A DNA stretch of 63,129 nucleotides, filler included, from Blastocystis sp. subtype 4 (taxonomy: Eukaryota), in the NCBI RefSeq assembly GCF_000743755.1. It is 5 parts of 5 records of this genome, joined end to end, with 100 filler letters (N's around TTAATTAATTAA, not from the genome) between each part and the next. Parts side by side here need not be neighbours in the genome. Positions count along the whole stretch, not along the records: positions 39,425 to 51,256 come from NW_014569245.1; positions 51,357 to 63,129 come from NW_014569244.1; 3 more parts are not named here. One strand, given 5' to 3'. The translations under genes were made by a program, and so were the position numbers. The notes below the pieces were generated by a model. It searched no databases. It had not been told where the DNA came from and saw nothing but the letters and a program-made list of their open reading frames with translations. Of this stretch, positions 49,078-61,486 are shown one piece after another (positions within the stretch are counted from its first letter, which is position 1; each line of letters starts with the position of its first letter).

Positions 49078-49851
49078 ATGGGTCGAAAGAAGAAACAAGT
49101 AGAGAAACAGTACATTTGGTGTTATTATTGTGATCGAGAATTTGAGGATGAGAACACCCTTATCTCCCATCAAGTTGCTCGTCATTTCAAATGTGAAACA
49201 TGTGGAAAGAAGTTGGGTACATTTCGTGGATTATTGAGTCATGCTAAAACAACTCATAACATTGAACTGAAAGCGTTTGTTGAAATGAAAGGAATTGATG
49301 ATTAGAGTTCCTCATGCTCTTGTTGGACGTGATAATACTGCAACTGATATTCATGGAATGACAGGTATTCCTGAGATTGCTCTTTTTGGTATTTGTAATG
49401 GTTTGATATGAGTTGTAGAATATAGAGTGAAGAAGGCGAAACAATTGGGTTTGCCAATTCCGACTCGTGAGGCTTCTGTAGTTCGAAATCCTCAACAAGA
49501 GTTTGCTGCAAAGTTAGCAGAGAAGCGAATTCAAAGTCAAATGGCAGATAGTATTGCTTCTATGGTAAGAGTTTTAAGAGTGTTTGAGTGTAGTCTGTTC
49601 CAAGTGTAACTACTCCATTTCTACCAACGTGATAATTGTGGTTAAGAGTGATATTTAGTTCAACTTATCCTGTTTATGGTAGTTATGGAAGTAGTGTATC
49701 TGTTGGAGGAGTTCCAAGTGTGGGAAGTCAATCAAATCCAAGTTCTCGTCTAATCTATACTCGTACTGACATTTCAATGGAAGAATGGAAGGCTTTACAA
49801 CCTCAATATCGTTATCAAGACTTCCTAACTGCAGCTAATTCAGCATTGTAA
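49078..49851 (+). CDS. ZNF207: BuGZ/ZNF207 zinc finger protein
   Basis: MGRKKK...WCYYCDREFEDENTLISHQVARHFKCETCGKKL, VPHALVGR, IHGMTGIP, DISMEE. Confidence 0.92.
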
Positions 49852-49885
49852 TAATATCCTTTGTATTCCTTGTTGTCAAACAAAT

Positions 49886-50334
49886 AATCATATGATTGTT
49901 TCATTTGATTCACAAAGTGTAACAAAGACTGATTCTACTCATCATTCAATCCAATGTTTATCAACTAATTGTACATTCTTTGTAGAACAATATATAACAT
50001 CAATTACATTCACTTCATTTCTCTGTGCATGAAAAGCAAAACTCTCTAAATCATCTGAGAATCGTTCTATTCATAATCAATTCAATTCATATGAATCTAC
50101 TCATATAGGATAATAAACTATCTTCAAGAATCGTTATTGCCTAAAACACTCAATACTCATTCTTAATCTCACATCTTTTGATATTACAATATTCTCATTC
50201 ATACCTATCAAATCATTCAATTTCATTCCATCTTACTAATGGATTCACAAATATGATCAATTGATTCACAGAAACGAGTTTCTTCATTCTAAATGATGAA
50301 TGAAATGAATTTGAACAACAATTCGATTTGTCAT
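49886..50334 (-). CDS. CENPS: CENP-S/MHF1 histone-fold protein (not in the ORF track because of tiny exons)
   Basis: Spliced RFSDDLESFAFHAQRNEVNVIDVIY matches the CENP-S DLExFAxHAxR signature; 3' end approximate. Confidence 0.75.
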
Positions 50335-50343
50335 ATCAAAATG

Positions 50344-50477
50344 AATCAACTCAAAATGATTGTGAATAGATTGTATTGATATAATCAACTCATAATGATT
50401 GTGAATAGGATTGTATTGATATAATCAACTCATAATCATTGTGAATAGAATTGTATTGATATAATCAACTCATAATC
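50344..50477. repeat. Intergenic tandem repeat, about 3.3 copies of a 39-40-bp unit
   Basis: AATCAACTCATAATGATTGTGAATAG(G/A)ATTGTATTGATAT repeated head to tail. Confidence 0.92.
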
Positions 50478-50681
50478 TACTTTGATAGAATTATTAGATC
50501 ATATATGATTTGAATTGAATATAGAAGAGAAATTGAAATGAAATGAAGATAATGGAAGGAAATGAATAAGATATATGGGGTAGAATTGAATAAATAGGAT
50601 TGAAATAGAATAATGAAATCAAGGGTAAATCTGGTTTGTTGTTGTTGAGTATTCCATAAATATCCATCCGTATTCCAAATC

Positions 50682-51256
50682 ATGGCTGCTGCTGGTGAAA
50701 TCAAGCTTTTCGGAAAGTGGTAGGTATTTGTTTTGATGAATTGATTTGTTTTGTGATAAGAGCCTTTGTAAGAGAGTGTAGGACTTTCGATGATGTTGAG
50801 ATTAGTGAAGTTGCTCTGAAGGTATAATTGTGAATATAGTAAAGTGAGTTTTGTAGGATCATTTGGCTGTTGCTCCAAAGAATGCTACTTATCTTCCTCA
50901 CACTGCTGGAAGATATCAATTGAAGCGTTTCCGTAAGGGTCAGGTATGAATATGAAGTGTTTGTTGAGTTTGTAGTGTCCTTTGGTTGAGCGTCTTGCTA
51001 ATTGTCTGATGTTCCATGGTCGTAATACTGGAAAGAAGATGAATGCTATGAAGATTGTTGAACAGGCTTTCGATATCATCAACTTGATGACTGAGAAGAA
51101 TCCTCTTCAGGTTCTTGTGGAAGCTGTTTCGAATGCTGGACCTCGTGAAGACTCAACTCGTATTGGTACTTCTGGAGTAGTTCGTCGTCAAGCTGTGGAT
51201 GTGTCTCCCTTCCGTCGTGTGAGTTTTGCTTTGACTCTGTTGACGACTGGAGTATT
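50682..51256 (+). CDS. RPS5: 40S ribosomal protein S5 (uS7), 3' truncated
   Basis: [50 protein letters not shown]. Confidence 0.96.
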
Positions 51257-51356
51257 NNNNNNNNNNNNNNNNNNNNNNNNNNNNNNNNNNNNNNNNNNNN
51301 TTAATTAATTAANNNNNNNNNNNNNNNNNNNNNNNNNNNNNNNNNNNNNNNNNNNN
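51257..51356. other. Artificial contig-joining linker
   Basis: 44 N + TTAATTAATTAA + 44 N. Confidence 0.98.
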
Positions 51357-52745
51357 CCATCCAATGGTCACGCGATCTCTTTGAAGGACTCTTCACTCAA
51401 GCCATTCAGACATTGGCTTCCTATCGTGATACTCCTGACTATTTGAACTCTTTTATGGATAAGATGGATTTGCATGATGAGGCTGTACGTCAACTTCACG
51501 AACTCTTGGTAGAGAGTCCTTGTAAGTGTTTTGATGATTGTGTACGCTGGGCTTCTACGCTTCATAGGAAACTGTTCTATGAGGAGATCTGTCAACTTAT
51601 CTATCAGTTCCCCGTGGGTATGAGTGGAATGTGTCATTGGTTAGAAGGATTTCGTAGATGAGAATGGAAACAAGTTCTGGTCAGGTTCCAAACTGTTCCC
51701 AACAGCAATTGAGTTCGATGCATCGAATCCCTCACATGTGAACTTTGTACGATATGGTGCGTTACTGCGTGCAGCATGTTTGGGAATCCCTGTAGAAGAT
51801 CATGTAGAGCACATGATCGAGTGAGTAATGTTTGGAAGGATAAGAAGTAGAGTGGTGAAGAACATGAAGTTCTCTGTGTTTACACCGCAGGATCCAAGTA
51901 GAGAAGGAATAGTGGATATGACATTAGATGTGGCGAATACGAATGAAGTGATTGCTCAGATGATCAGTGAATTACCTGCTCGTGAGACCTTGAAGGAGTA
52001 AGAAATGAGAGAGAGAATGAATATTAGTGTTCGTACGATCCCTGCTGAGTTTGAGAAGGATGATGATTCTAATCACCACATTGACTTCATTGCTGCCTGT
52101 GCCAATCTGCGTGCTGAGAAGTGAGTGTGGTTGATAGAACTTATCCTCAGTTATGGAATTACCACGGCTGATCGTCCTACTATCAAGAAGATTGCAGGTA
52201 AGATTGTCCCTGCCATCTCCACTACAACTGCATTTGTCACGGGAGCGATCGCGGTAGAGTTGTTCAAGATAACTGCGGGACTGAAGACAGTTGAGAGGTA
52301 TCGTTCGTGCTTTGCAAATTTGTCAATGCCAATGTTCTGTTTCACAGAACCAGGTGCTTGTAAGAAGTATTCGTATGGAGGACATGAATGGAGTGAGTGG
52401 GATCATATCGTGTTTGACAAGACGAAAGGAACCTCATTCAAGGACCTTGATATGTTCTTACAACGTGAATACCATGTAATGTTGGATAGTGTGTTGATCG
52501 GCAGCAAGTATTTGTACAATCAATTCGTAGGATTAGGTGAGAACCAAGTAATGATTAGTCAAATCTGCAGAAACGTTTCGAGGCACCGATTGTGGATGCC
52601 TTGAAAGAAACTGCTCCTGAAGTATGTCGACCCGGCCGCAAGTACGTCGAAGTGTTCGCATTCTGTGAGGAGGAGGATGCTGATGATAATTGGGATATGG
52701 AGGAAGAAGAAGTGGGTTTACCACCTGTATTGATTGAGCTGGAAT
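51357..52745 (+). CDS. Ubiquitin-activating enzyme E1 (UBA1/UBA6 family), C-terminal half; stop probably T+poly(A)
   Basis: [55 protein letters not shown]-terminal ubiquitin-fold domain. Confidence 0.92.
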
Positions 52746-52808
52746 TCTATGTTTATTCCACAATAGAGAGCAGATGGATAAACAAACAATGACATTCAAA
52801 ACTTGTTG

Positions 52809-55800
52809 CTACAGACATGAAAACACTAGTCAAATGAGCCAAAAACCGAGATTTGGCCAGATACTCTCCACGTTCATCATTCGTTCCCTACAAATCAACT
52901 CTCTCTCATGATCCCACAGAACTCAAACGAGTGAAAGAACCGCGAGAATACCTTTGAAGTATCACTTCATCATACTCACTATTGTGTATGTTAAGACCCC
53001 AATAATCTCACTCCAAAGGATATCAAAATCATTTCAAATGTCTTAAAACAATACAATGCCCTACATGCCTTCATCTATTCGTCAATCCCCTCTTTTGATA
53101 GTACCAAACCCAACAGCTGGAGAAGAGAAGCCACTCCGTAAGGAATATTGTCTCCATAAATCGGAGCCCATACACATTCACTACGTTGAGTCTGCTGATA
53201 GAGAATAATGACGAAAATCAGGACGATTCCTTCCATGACAGGATCCTTACGACACAATATTCGGAAGTTCTTTAGAATATCCGCAAATATCCTCATTTCT
53301 CGGGCTTCTGTACTGTTCTGATCTAGATACTGGAGCAAGACTAGCAGAACAGCGAACCGGTCTACAGCCAATGTTAGATTCTTCATAAGTCCTGTATCTA
53401 ACGTGTTAAGTTGGATTTCCATTTGACTGATTACTTCCGCGGGAATCGATTGATAGATGATTTGGCCATTTTCAAATAATGATGAATAGAAGTGCTCACA
53501 GAGAGATTCCACACTTTCTTCACGCACTGTAGAGATGATTTCAAGCAACAGAATCTCCATTGCAGAAGCAGTCCGATAAATGGAATCCAACAATTCGTCC
53601 CGATTCTGTTCCTGAATGTATTTCTGCATGACTTGTATCTACGATTGAATTACTGGCCTCATCGTTACATCTTTCACAAAAATGACTTCAGCAGTAGCAG
53701 ACACACATCCGACAGCCATGTGATCACCAGCTAACAGAGCACGTTCACTCATCACATAGACATATTGTTCCAGTCGGTTGTAATCGACACCAAACAAGCC
53801 ACTGCCGTGTCGAAGAGCCTTGGAGACAGCCATCTCATCACTTGTGATCTGTTTCTCAGGAAGGAGACATGGATCCGTGAGTGTAATAGTGAACAGAGAT
53901 TGTACGTAAGCATGAATAAGATCAACAAGAGACGGACAGATAGTGAAAGATACCATGGTGTTGTAATGAGATCGACTATACAATTGGGTAAGAAGATGAC
54001 TGAACTAGATATGAGAATGTGGCTTAAATTCAACATCAATAGAAGTATGAAGTAGAGTGAATGGGGGAAAAAGTGTCAAAATCTGGGCTATTTTGAGTAA
54101 TTGTTCACCTCGTACAGACACAGTAGTAACTTCTTCTGGAACACGATAATCATGAAGAAATACGTGTTTGCGAATGACGTTATCAATTTCACTTTGAACA
54201 GCCCCAACAAGTTGATCAAAGAGAGGAAAATACACACAATAGAAGAGTCCACGAGAAAGAATGGATTTCCGTGGTTCTGCAAGTGCTTGATAGAGGGTCG
54301 AACTGTCATTTACCGAAGTAACAAGTGCTTGAAGGAGGAGTGTGGATTGAGAGGCATCTCGAGGTTGTGTGAGGAGGTCTTTGAAAAGGAATCCATTGGA
54401 GAAGAAGATATGGCTATGAGACCAGCATTCCCCGCGGTAAGCAGCAAGAAGACTCTGGAGTTGGATGATGTGATGGGAAAATTCAAAGCAACGATCACTG
54501 AATACATCACGACCCGATACGAAGCTCAACCAGAGAAGAGTAGAGGATTCAGTAGAATGATTCTTGAGATAGTCCACGACAGTGGACGAACAGTCGAGTG
54601 CTTCTGTAAGAGAGGTAAGTTGTTGGGTGAGGAGGAGAGGTAGGAGGATTTGAACAGAAGAGTTGTGAAGAAGAGCATGTTGGAGTGAATAAAGTCGAAG
54701 GAGTTGACGGGTTAGAAGAGAGTAGGAGAGAGAATGAGAGGAATGAATACGATATGTGAAGAGATAAGCCTCCAATGACATGCGAATTCCTATTGGATGA
54801 ACAAGAATTAAGATCAATACGATGATAAAGAGAAATAGCATCACTGATCGTACTTACAATCACTGCAGGCGATAGAGTCGTATTAGAGGAGGTGAGTGAA
54901 TTTAGTAAGAAGCACAGTTCAGATACACGATGACCATACGTATCTTTGTGTTTGAGTCTTCTCTCAACATCACTAAATGAAGAAACTGAAGCATGAAGAA
55001 CACTTGTTACACCTTCACATTGAAGAGCATTCACACATCCATAAAGACTTTCTCCATGACAGTGATCTTGTAACAGAGATCGACTATTCTGAAGAGCCTG
55101 ACACTGATCACTACTAACTGCCTGAGTCAAGATCAGTATCATTCCAGTCAAACCAGCAATCGATACAACATTAGAAAATGACTTCACATACAATGTCGCC
55201 TGCTGCTGGAGAACAAGAGAACCAATTTGCAAAAATCCACTCGATAATTGGAATGGCAAGGTTAAGAACTCTGAAGTATGGGAGAAAAGAGATGAAGAAG
55301 ACAAAACATTCCAATTGGTGAGAATGACCTCTGATTCCTCCATCTTCTGTTGATTCACTAAAATAGTTCGTAACTATCATTAAGACAGATCTCTATCCAA
55401 ACAGTCTCAAAAACTGAAGGAAGAAAAGCAGCTACAGTGTGAAGTGTAAGTAATGCCGAAAGCAGTCGCATGAGACTGATGAAAATGGGTTGATATGGGA
55501 GTCTAGATGAAATAAAAACGTAAAACCAACAGATAGAGATGAAGAACTGATATGCCACGATAATTGCTTTTCATACGAAGAGTGATAGTGGTTGTTTTAC
55601 TCATCGGTTTGGAGTTCTGCATAAAATGATTACTCACTTCCGAAGTCGAGTCATTCATCTTCTGTTGAAGCAGATCAATTGTACTGAAAAGTAGATTTAA
55701 CCCATCCGTAAACACGGTGACAGCATTCTGAACAAACGAAATCTCCTTTCCACATTGAAGCGTTAATTTGGTTCGCAACTGCTTCGGTATTCCTGGAGGA

Positions 55801-56242
55801 AAAAACGTCTCATTCATGAACAGAAGTTGTGGAATTGTTGTTTGGAGGATTTGCTTCTAATGGTAACGATCACTTTGAAGTCCCACTTCCATCGTTTCAA
55901 TTTGTTGAATGCGGCTACGAAACTCCAAAAAGCAATGATGAACATCCTGAAGCTGAGGATTGTTACAAAACACATCTCCTCCTTCACTCAAATAGGTAGA
56001 CTGAATATATTTATTCTACATAAAAGAAAGAACTGAAGATTTACATGATCCATTTGCGAATTCAAAGGAACGTCGGATATGGATCCGTTGATTCGAACGA
56101 ATTCCTTCGAGTACTGCTTGAGAAAATCTGTATATCCAGCAATCTCTTGGACATGCTCTACGTCTTACTATTTGAAAGTAGTTAAACCTTTGGACTGCTG
56201 GGAGAGATCAGTGTTTGCTTTTCCTTTCCATACCCCAAACAT
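52809..56242 (-). CDS. WASHC4: WASH complex subunit 4 (SWIP/KIAA1033)-like, divergent
   Basis: N-terminal AGYTDFLKQYSKEF; mid-region SEIDNVIRKHVFLH...PPFTLLHTSIDV...HYNTMV...DYNRLEQY resembles WASH-7 blocks. Confidence 0.6.
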
Positions 56243-56302
56243 CGTTTCCAATGCCAGGAATGCAATGATAGAATGATTTGGGATCCCCCGTTTTGGTTAG
56301 TA

Positions 56303-56957
56303 ATGTCTTCCTCCAAAGCAACCGAACAAGCTGCACAAACTGTTTATCGTAACAAAGAGGGAAAGAGGGTTACTCGTGCGGAGTTGTTGGCAGAACGGGC
56401 TCGAGAGCGCAAAGTGAAGGTAGGAATATACAGTTGAATTCTTTAAGATATAGACTCCTGAAGAATTAGAGAGAGAGCATTTTGATTGGAATGTGGCAAC
56501 GGCATCAAAACGAAGGGAAAAGGAGCGATTAATGAAACTAGAAGATGTACTCTATCCTTATTCTTCTAATGTATAGGCAAAGAAGAGAGGCTATACCATG
56601 TATGCAACAGATGAGGAGTATAATAAGCGTCTTCGTGAGGAATTGCGTCCAGATGATCCAATGTATGATTATTTCATGAGTAAACGATTGGAAAAAGAGG
56701 AGGAAGAGCAAGCAGAAAAGGAAGCGAAGAACGAGGAGAAGGAAGCAAAACCCACAGTGAGTGACTATCTAGAAGAATCGACGAAACCCAAGTATCGCGG
56801 TCCAATGCCTGCTCCCAATCGTTTTAATATTGCTCCTGGATATCGGTGGGATGGAATTAGTCGTGGGAATGGATACGAAGCGAAGCGACTGATACGAATG
56901 AACATTACAAAGATGAGAAAGCAGCAAGCATATCAGTGGAGTGTGGCTGATTTGTAA
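56303..56957 (+). CDS. BUD13: Pre-mRNA splicing factor Bud13/Cwc26 (RES complex)
   Basis: TVYRNKEGKR, LRPDDPM, PKYRGPMPAPNRFNIAPGYRWDGISRGNGYE, YQWSVADL. Confidence 0.93.
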
Positions 56958-57070
56958 CATGTGTTGAAATGGAATGTTTGTTGCCGAGTCGTGTGCAACT
57001 CATTTCTTGATTATCAAAGAGAGGATTGTATAGTGATAATCAATTAGAAGTTGCTATTCATAGAGACTTT

Positions 57071-57925
57071 ATGTCTGTTAAGGTGATATTCATGCTACAG
57101 AAATGATCCTTAGGAAGATAATCCATTCCTTCCCGATGTGGAAGTAGCCGATGAGACGTAACAGGAGAGTTGATATCTGTTATTGTAGAGTATCAAGTCT
57201 CGGAAACAGTATTTCGTCTTCATCTCATCCACTGACTTGCTTCTTCCATATTGCATTCAAAGTGGATTTTACGTATCTTCTTGATAGGTAGGTTCTGGCC
57301 ATGTTTTTCTATATATTTGGGGGCATCTTCTTTTCAAATACTAGTGTTCGAACGGTTTTTATAGTGTTACTTCTGGCAGCTGACTTTTATATGGTAAAGA
57401 ACATCAGTGGTCGGTATTTAGTTGGGTTGAGGTGGTGGTCAGTGACTGGTGCTGATGGACTAACGCAGACGTTCAAATTTGAGAAGACTAATGTAGTTTC
57501 AGAGATATGGTTATGATTGTAGCATCCTGAACGTGTGACCAAGGCGGATAGTCGTGTATTCTGGACAGTCCTTATCTTTTCGACTGTTTTTTGGTGTGTG
57601 AAGAATTGAATGTATTATTCAAAGGTGTTTCTTTTCGCTGACATCGCTTCTCGGTCTGAAATTGCAGTGGTTAGTGGTATCTGGAATTGGAGCTGCTCTT
57701 TCTGGTTATAATTTATATGCATATTTAAAAGCAGCTCGAGGTAATGATATGAATAGCTGTTAAGGATAGAATCAAATACTGTAATGTCAATGTTCTCGTT
57801 TATTCCAAAGACTGTAGCAAAGAAAGCAGTGGAGTATCGAAATGTGGTGGGTATGACGTATAGGAAGATTGGGAATGCGGCAATGAACGTCGCCAAATCT
57901 TCTTTGGTGAATTCTCAAAATGCAT
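57071..57925 (+). CDS. TVP23: Golgi membrane protein TVP23 (FAM18); stop probably T+poly(A)
   Basis: HPLTCFFHIAFK, LLLAADFYMVKNISGRYLVGLRWW, DSRVFW. Confidence 0.92.
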
Positions 57926-58305
57926 CCTTTGTTTGTGTGCTAGTAAACGATATCTAGACAAAATAGTCATTTTGCTATTCTAGGAGAAAACATTAGTGCC
58001 CAAGAGTAGTTCATTGGACTATCCTAGAGATTCTCGCTATTCAGACACTTTCATTCAATTATGGATGATACTAGATATTGATATTGGTATAGTATCTATT
58101 GAAATGCGTACAAATGATAAAAGGAATGAGTGATATAGAATGTTGTTATTCGTCCTCATTTGTACGCTCAGTGTGTGAACGAGTGAGTATGGTGTGTATT
58201 CAACACAGCATTTCTGAATTCAAAAGACTAATGGTATGGAATTCCATTAAATGATAACCAATAGGATGAATCATTATGGTAATTCTCTTCAATAATTCTT
58301 TCTAG

Positions 58306-60017
58306 ATGAGCGGTATCTGTATTCGTCCTTTCTCTCTTGAATTCCTTGGCAATTATGAGATCAAGAGTATCAACATGGAGAATGACAATATGATGCATGG
58401 AGATTTGATAATGAAAGTAATGATAGATAATAAACTATATGATATGAGAGTACCAATGACACGCGGAAGGAAGAGTGGAATTGGTTTGTTGTTGAGAGAG
58501 GATGGAACACTGTTTATGAGAATGATGTTTGTAAATGATGAATGTGAAGGAGAAGTGACAAAAAGGGATGAATATGGCAATATTGTATTGAGAGGAGAAG
58601 TAAAGCGAGGGAAGGAAGTGGGAATGTGGATAGAATATGATAATGATGAAAATGAGATATGGAGAGGATTCTATCGAAATGGGAAGCGATATTCGATATT
58701 GACAAAGCATAAAGGAATGAAAGGATTCTTCAAAGAAAAGAATGAGAATGGAGAATTGTTGAGTGTGAGTGAATATGATGATGAATGGATGAAGAATGGT
58801 AAGTGTTTTGAGTATGAAGGAGGAAGAGTGGTTAGAGAATGTGAATACAAGAATGGTAGAATGAGAGTATTGAGAGAATGGAAAGGAGAATGTATGATTG
58901 AGTATGATGTGAATGGAAAGAGAGTATATGAAGGAGAATTTGAGGGAGATATGATGAAAGGATTTGTTCGAGAAGGGAAAGGCAAAGAATATGGAGATGG
59001 TGGAAAGAGTGCATTGTATGTAGGTGGATGGAAGAATGGATTGAGGGAAGGGTATGGAAGTGAATTCAAAGGACATTCTGCTGTGTATATTGGAGAATGG
59101 AAGAATGGAATGAGAGATGGAAAGGGAAAGGAATTGAATGAGAATGAAGAAGTGGTAAGAAGAGGAAGATGGATAGAAGGTGTGCATGAAGATGAAATCA
59201 AAGAACTGGAAGATGACAATGGAAATGTCAAACGATTTGAAGATGAATATGGAGCTGATTTGAGTGTCTTTGATAGTGATTGTCTGAATGGAGTTGAGAG
59301 ACTTGAGATTGGAGATGATTGCTTTACGAGTGTAGATCAATTTGTATTGGATGGATTAAATGAATTGAAAACTATCATCATTGGAGAGAATAACTTCGAA
59401 CTCGATAAGATTAGTGGAGAAGATAGTAAATGTGTGATAATGAATTGTGATCAGTTGCGTGAAATCCACATTGGAGATCATTCATTCTGGTGGTATGAAT
59501 CCATTGAATTGAAGAATCTCCCTTCTCTCATATCCATTCAATTGGGTGATCATACATTCGAGTATTGTCAATCTATCTTGTTTAAGAGTATGAATGATGA
59601 TTGAATAATAATGAGATCTGAATCAACTTCAATCCATCACTCTCGGATCTTTTGTTCTTAGAGGTAATGATGATGCTGAATCTAATGAACTGATAATGAA
59701 AAGTATGTGATAATAATGAATGATTGATCAGATCTTCCTTCTCTATCTACACTCAAAGGAGATGAATTCAGTTTCGAGTATATGGACAGTGTGATATTGA
59801 AGAGTGATTAATAATGATTGTATATGAATTAGACATTTCAGCACTCACTAAAGAAGGGATTCAGATGGATGAATATGCATTCGAGAATGTGGATGAGTTG
59901 GATAGTTCAAGTATAATTGATTGATTGATAATGATTGAGATGCTGATTCTCTTGGTCAATTCATTCGACAGAATAGCAAATGTCTTGAAGAATAGTGATA
60001 TCAAAGTGATTGTATGA
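58306..60017 (+). CDS. MORN-repeat plus leucine-rich-repeat protein; 5' exons unclear or degenerate
   Basis: YEGEFEG, YVGGWKNGLREGYG, YIGEWKNGMRDGKG MORN units; LEIGDDCF...LDGLNELKTIIIGENNF...LKNLPSLISIQLG LRRs. Confidence 0.8.
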
Positions 60018-60770
60018 TATGTACTGTATTGATTGTGTTTGTTGATAATCAATTGGACCAATCTCATCATTCATTCTCTTGAATCATTTATGGTGAGTGA
60101 TCCATATCATTTCATTTATTGTTCATAATGTAAGAAGAGAGGATAGAATGATGAGAACAATGAGAATTGTGATGATGATAAGTGGATAAGAGAGAATGAT
60201 GTGTTTATTAGATTGATGAGGTAGTGAATGATGCATCATTCATATTCTATATGAAACACCTCCTCAACCCTCTCTGAATCTGTCTGAGTATGGTTAGTAT
60301 ATCACACTTCACAAGTAGCACTCAAATCCTTGTATTTCATCATTCTATCAGATTTGTTGTATTTAATACATACTATACTCACATTCACACACCGATAAAC
60401 GGGAAGGACATCATGAATGACACCACTGTTGATACTCATTCTTCAAACCATTGCCACTCATTTCAGTAGATACTACAAATCAATATCGATCATCTAGCAT
60501 CATCCACATTGAATGAAAGTCTGTACGATAACAAAACCTCCGAAATAGCCCAATCGGCCAGTAACCTTACCAGAACACAATGTAAAAGATCGACGAAATG
60601 ATATTTCACTTTGGAAAAGAAATGATATGGCACGTTCATGTATTAAGAGAAATGAGTGGTATAAGACTCATAATATTGTTCCTTTGTCGTTGCGCATGCT
60701 CAGTAATCCTTAATAATCAACAATCCTATCAAATATACTACATATCCTTATTCTTTTTGACTTTTCCAAA

Positions 60771-61418
60771 ATGTTGCCTGGGAGCAAACGGATGAATTGG
60801 GTGCAATACACTTTTCCAGCCATTTCAGCTCCTCATGATGAGAGGGATGAGGAAGAGCTTCAGAGCTGGAAAATCGAGCTAAACAATGTTTTGGATCAGT
60901 TGCACCTAATTAGTACCATTTGCCCAGCTATCAAGGCAACCCTCCAGTCTTCAGTGGATGCACTTCTGACAGATGTGTCTCAATATTGTTTCGACTTTTA
61001 CTGTGGATCGGAAGATACTCACCTGTTTGAATCCCAAGATGACCTTCTCTTTATATTGGATGTTTACTATCTTGATTGTATTGTTGGTTCATTGAAAGTA
61101 TTTATCGAGGACTTTTATTCGCGTTTTACTCCGAGGAAAGAGCAGATTAAGAGTAACTCTGCCAAACCTCGTCATCCGGAGCACCGTTCAAGTAAAAAGC
61201 ACCCGCGTTCCCGGAAGTCACGTCCAAATCTCCCTCGTGAAGCGAAGGAGATTCTGACCCAATGGTTTGCAGAACATGTGTTGGACCCTTACCCGAAACT
61301 TGTAGATAAAGAGCTCTTAAGTGAGAAGACTGGACTTCCACTTAAGAAAATTGAAAACTGGTTCATTAACGAAAGAAGTCGTAAGTGGCACACTTATTCG
61401 AACTCTGGAGGTTACTAG
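60771..61418 (+). CDS. TALE-class homeodomain transcription factor (intronless)
   Basis: RPNLPREAKEILTQWFAEHVLDPYP...KTGLPLKKIENWFINERSRKW with the PYP three-residue loop. Confidence 0.9.
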   Translation: MLPGSKRMNWVQYTFPAISAPHDERDEEELQSWKIELNNVLDQLHLISTICPAIKATLQSSVDALLTDVSQYCFDFYCGSEDTHLFESQDDLLFILDVYYLDCIVGSLKVFIEDFYSRFTPRKEQIKSNSAKPRHPEHRSSKKHPRSRKSRPNLPREAKEILTQWFAEHVLDPYPKLVDKELLSEKTGLPLKKIENWFINERSRKWHTYSNSGGY

Positions 61419-61486
61419 TTATTTTGGACTTTTGAGTACCTGTTTGTTGAGAATCCAATTGTTCCCACCATTTCTTTTCGATCGTC

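Noticed and set aside
49875..49890. CENP-S as a 13th poly(A)-completed stop
   Set aside because: The in-frame T is 3 nt, not 4 nt, before TGTTTGAC in my splice model, so it was not counted
50344..50477. Possible CRISPR array
   Set aside because: Units are contiguous with no unique spacers, no cas genes, eukaryotic context
12819..51356. Four TTAATTAATTAA palindromes flanked by N runs
   Set aside because: Identical 100-nt artificial linkers. They are not biological, and adjacency across them means nothing
58353..59340. Long antisense ORFs opposite the MORN exon (likewise 11672-12439 opposite the Pro-rich repeat)
   Set aside because: By-products of strand-skewed or repetitive codon use; low-complexity translations
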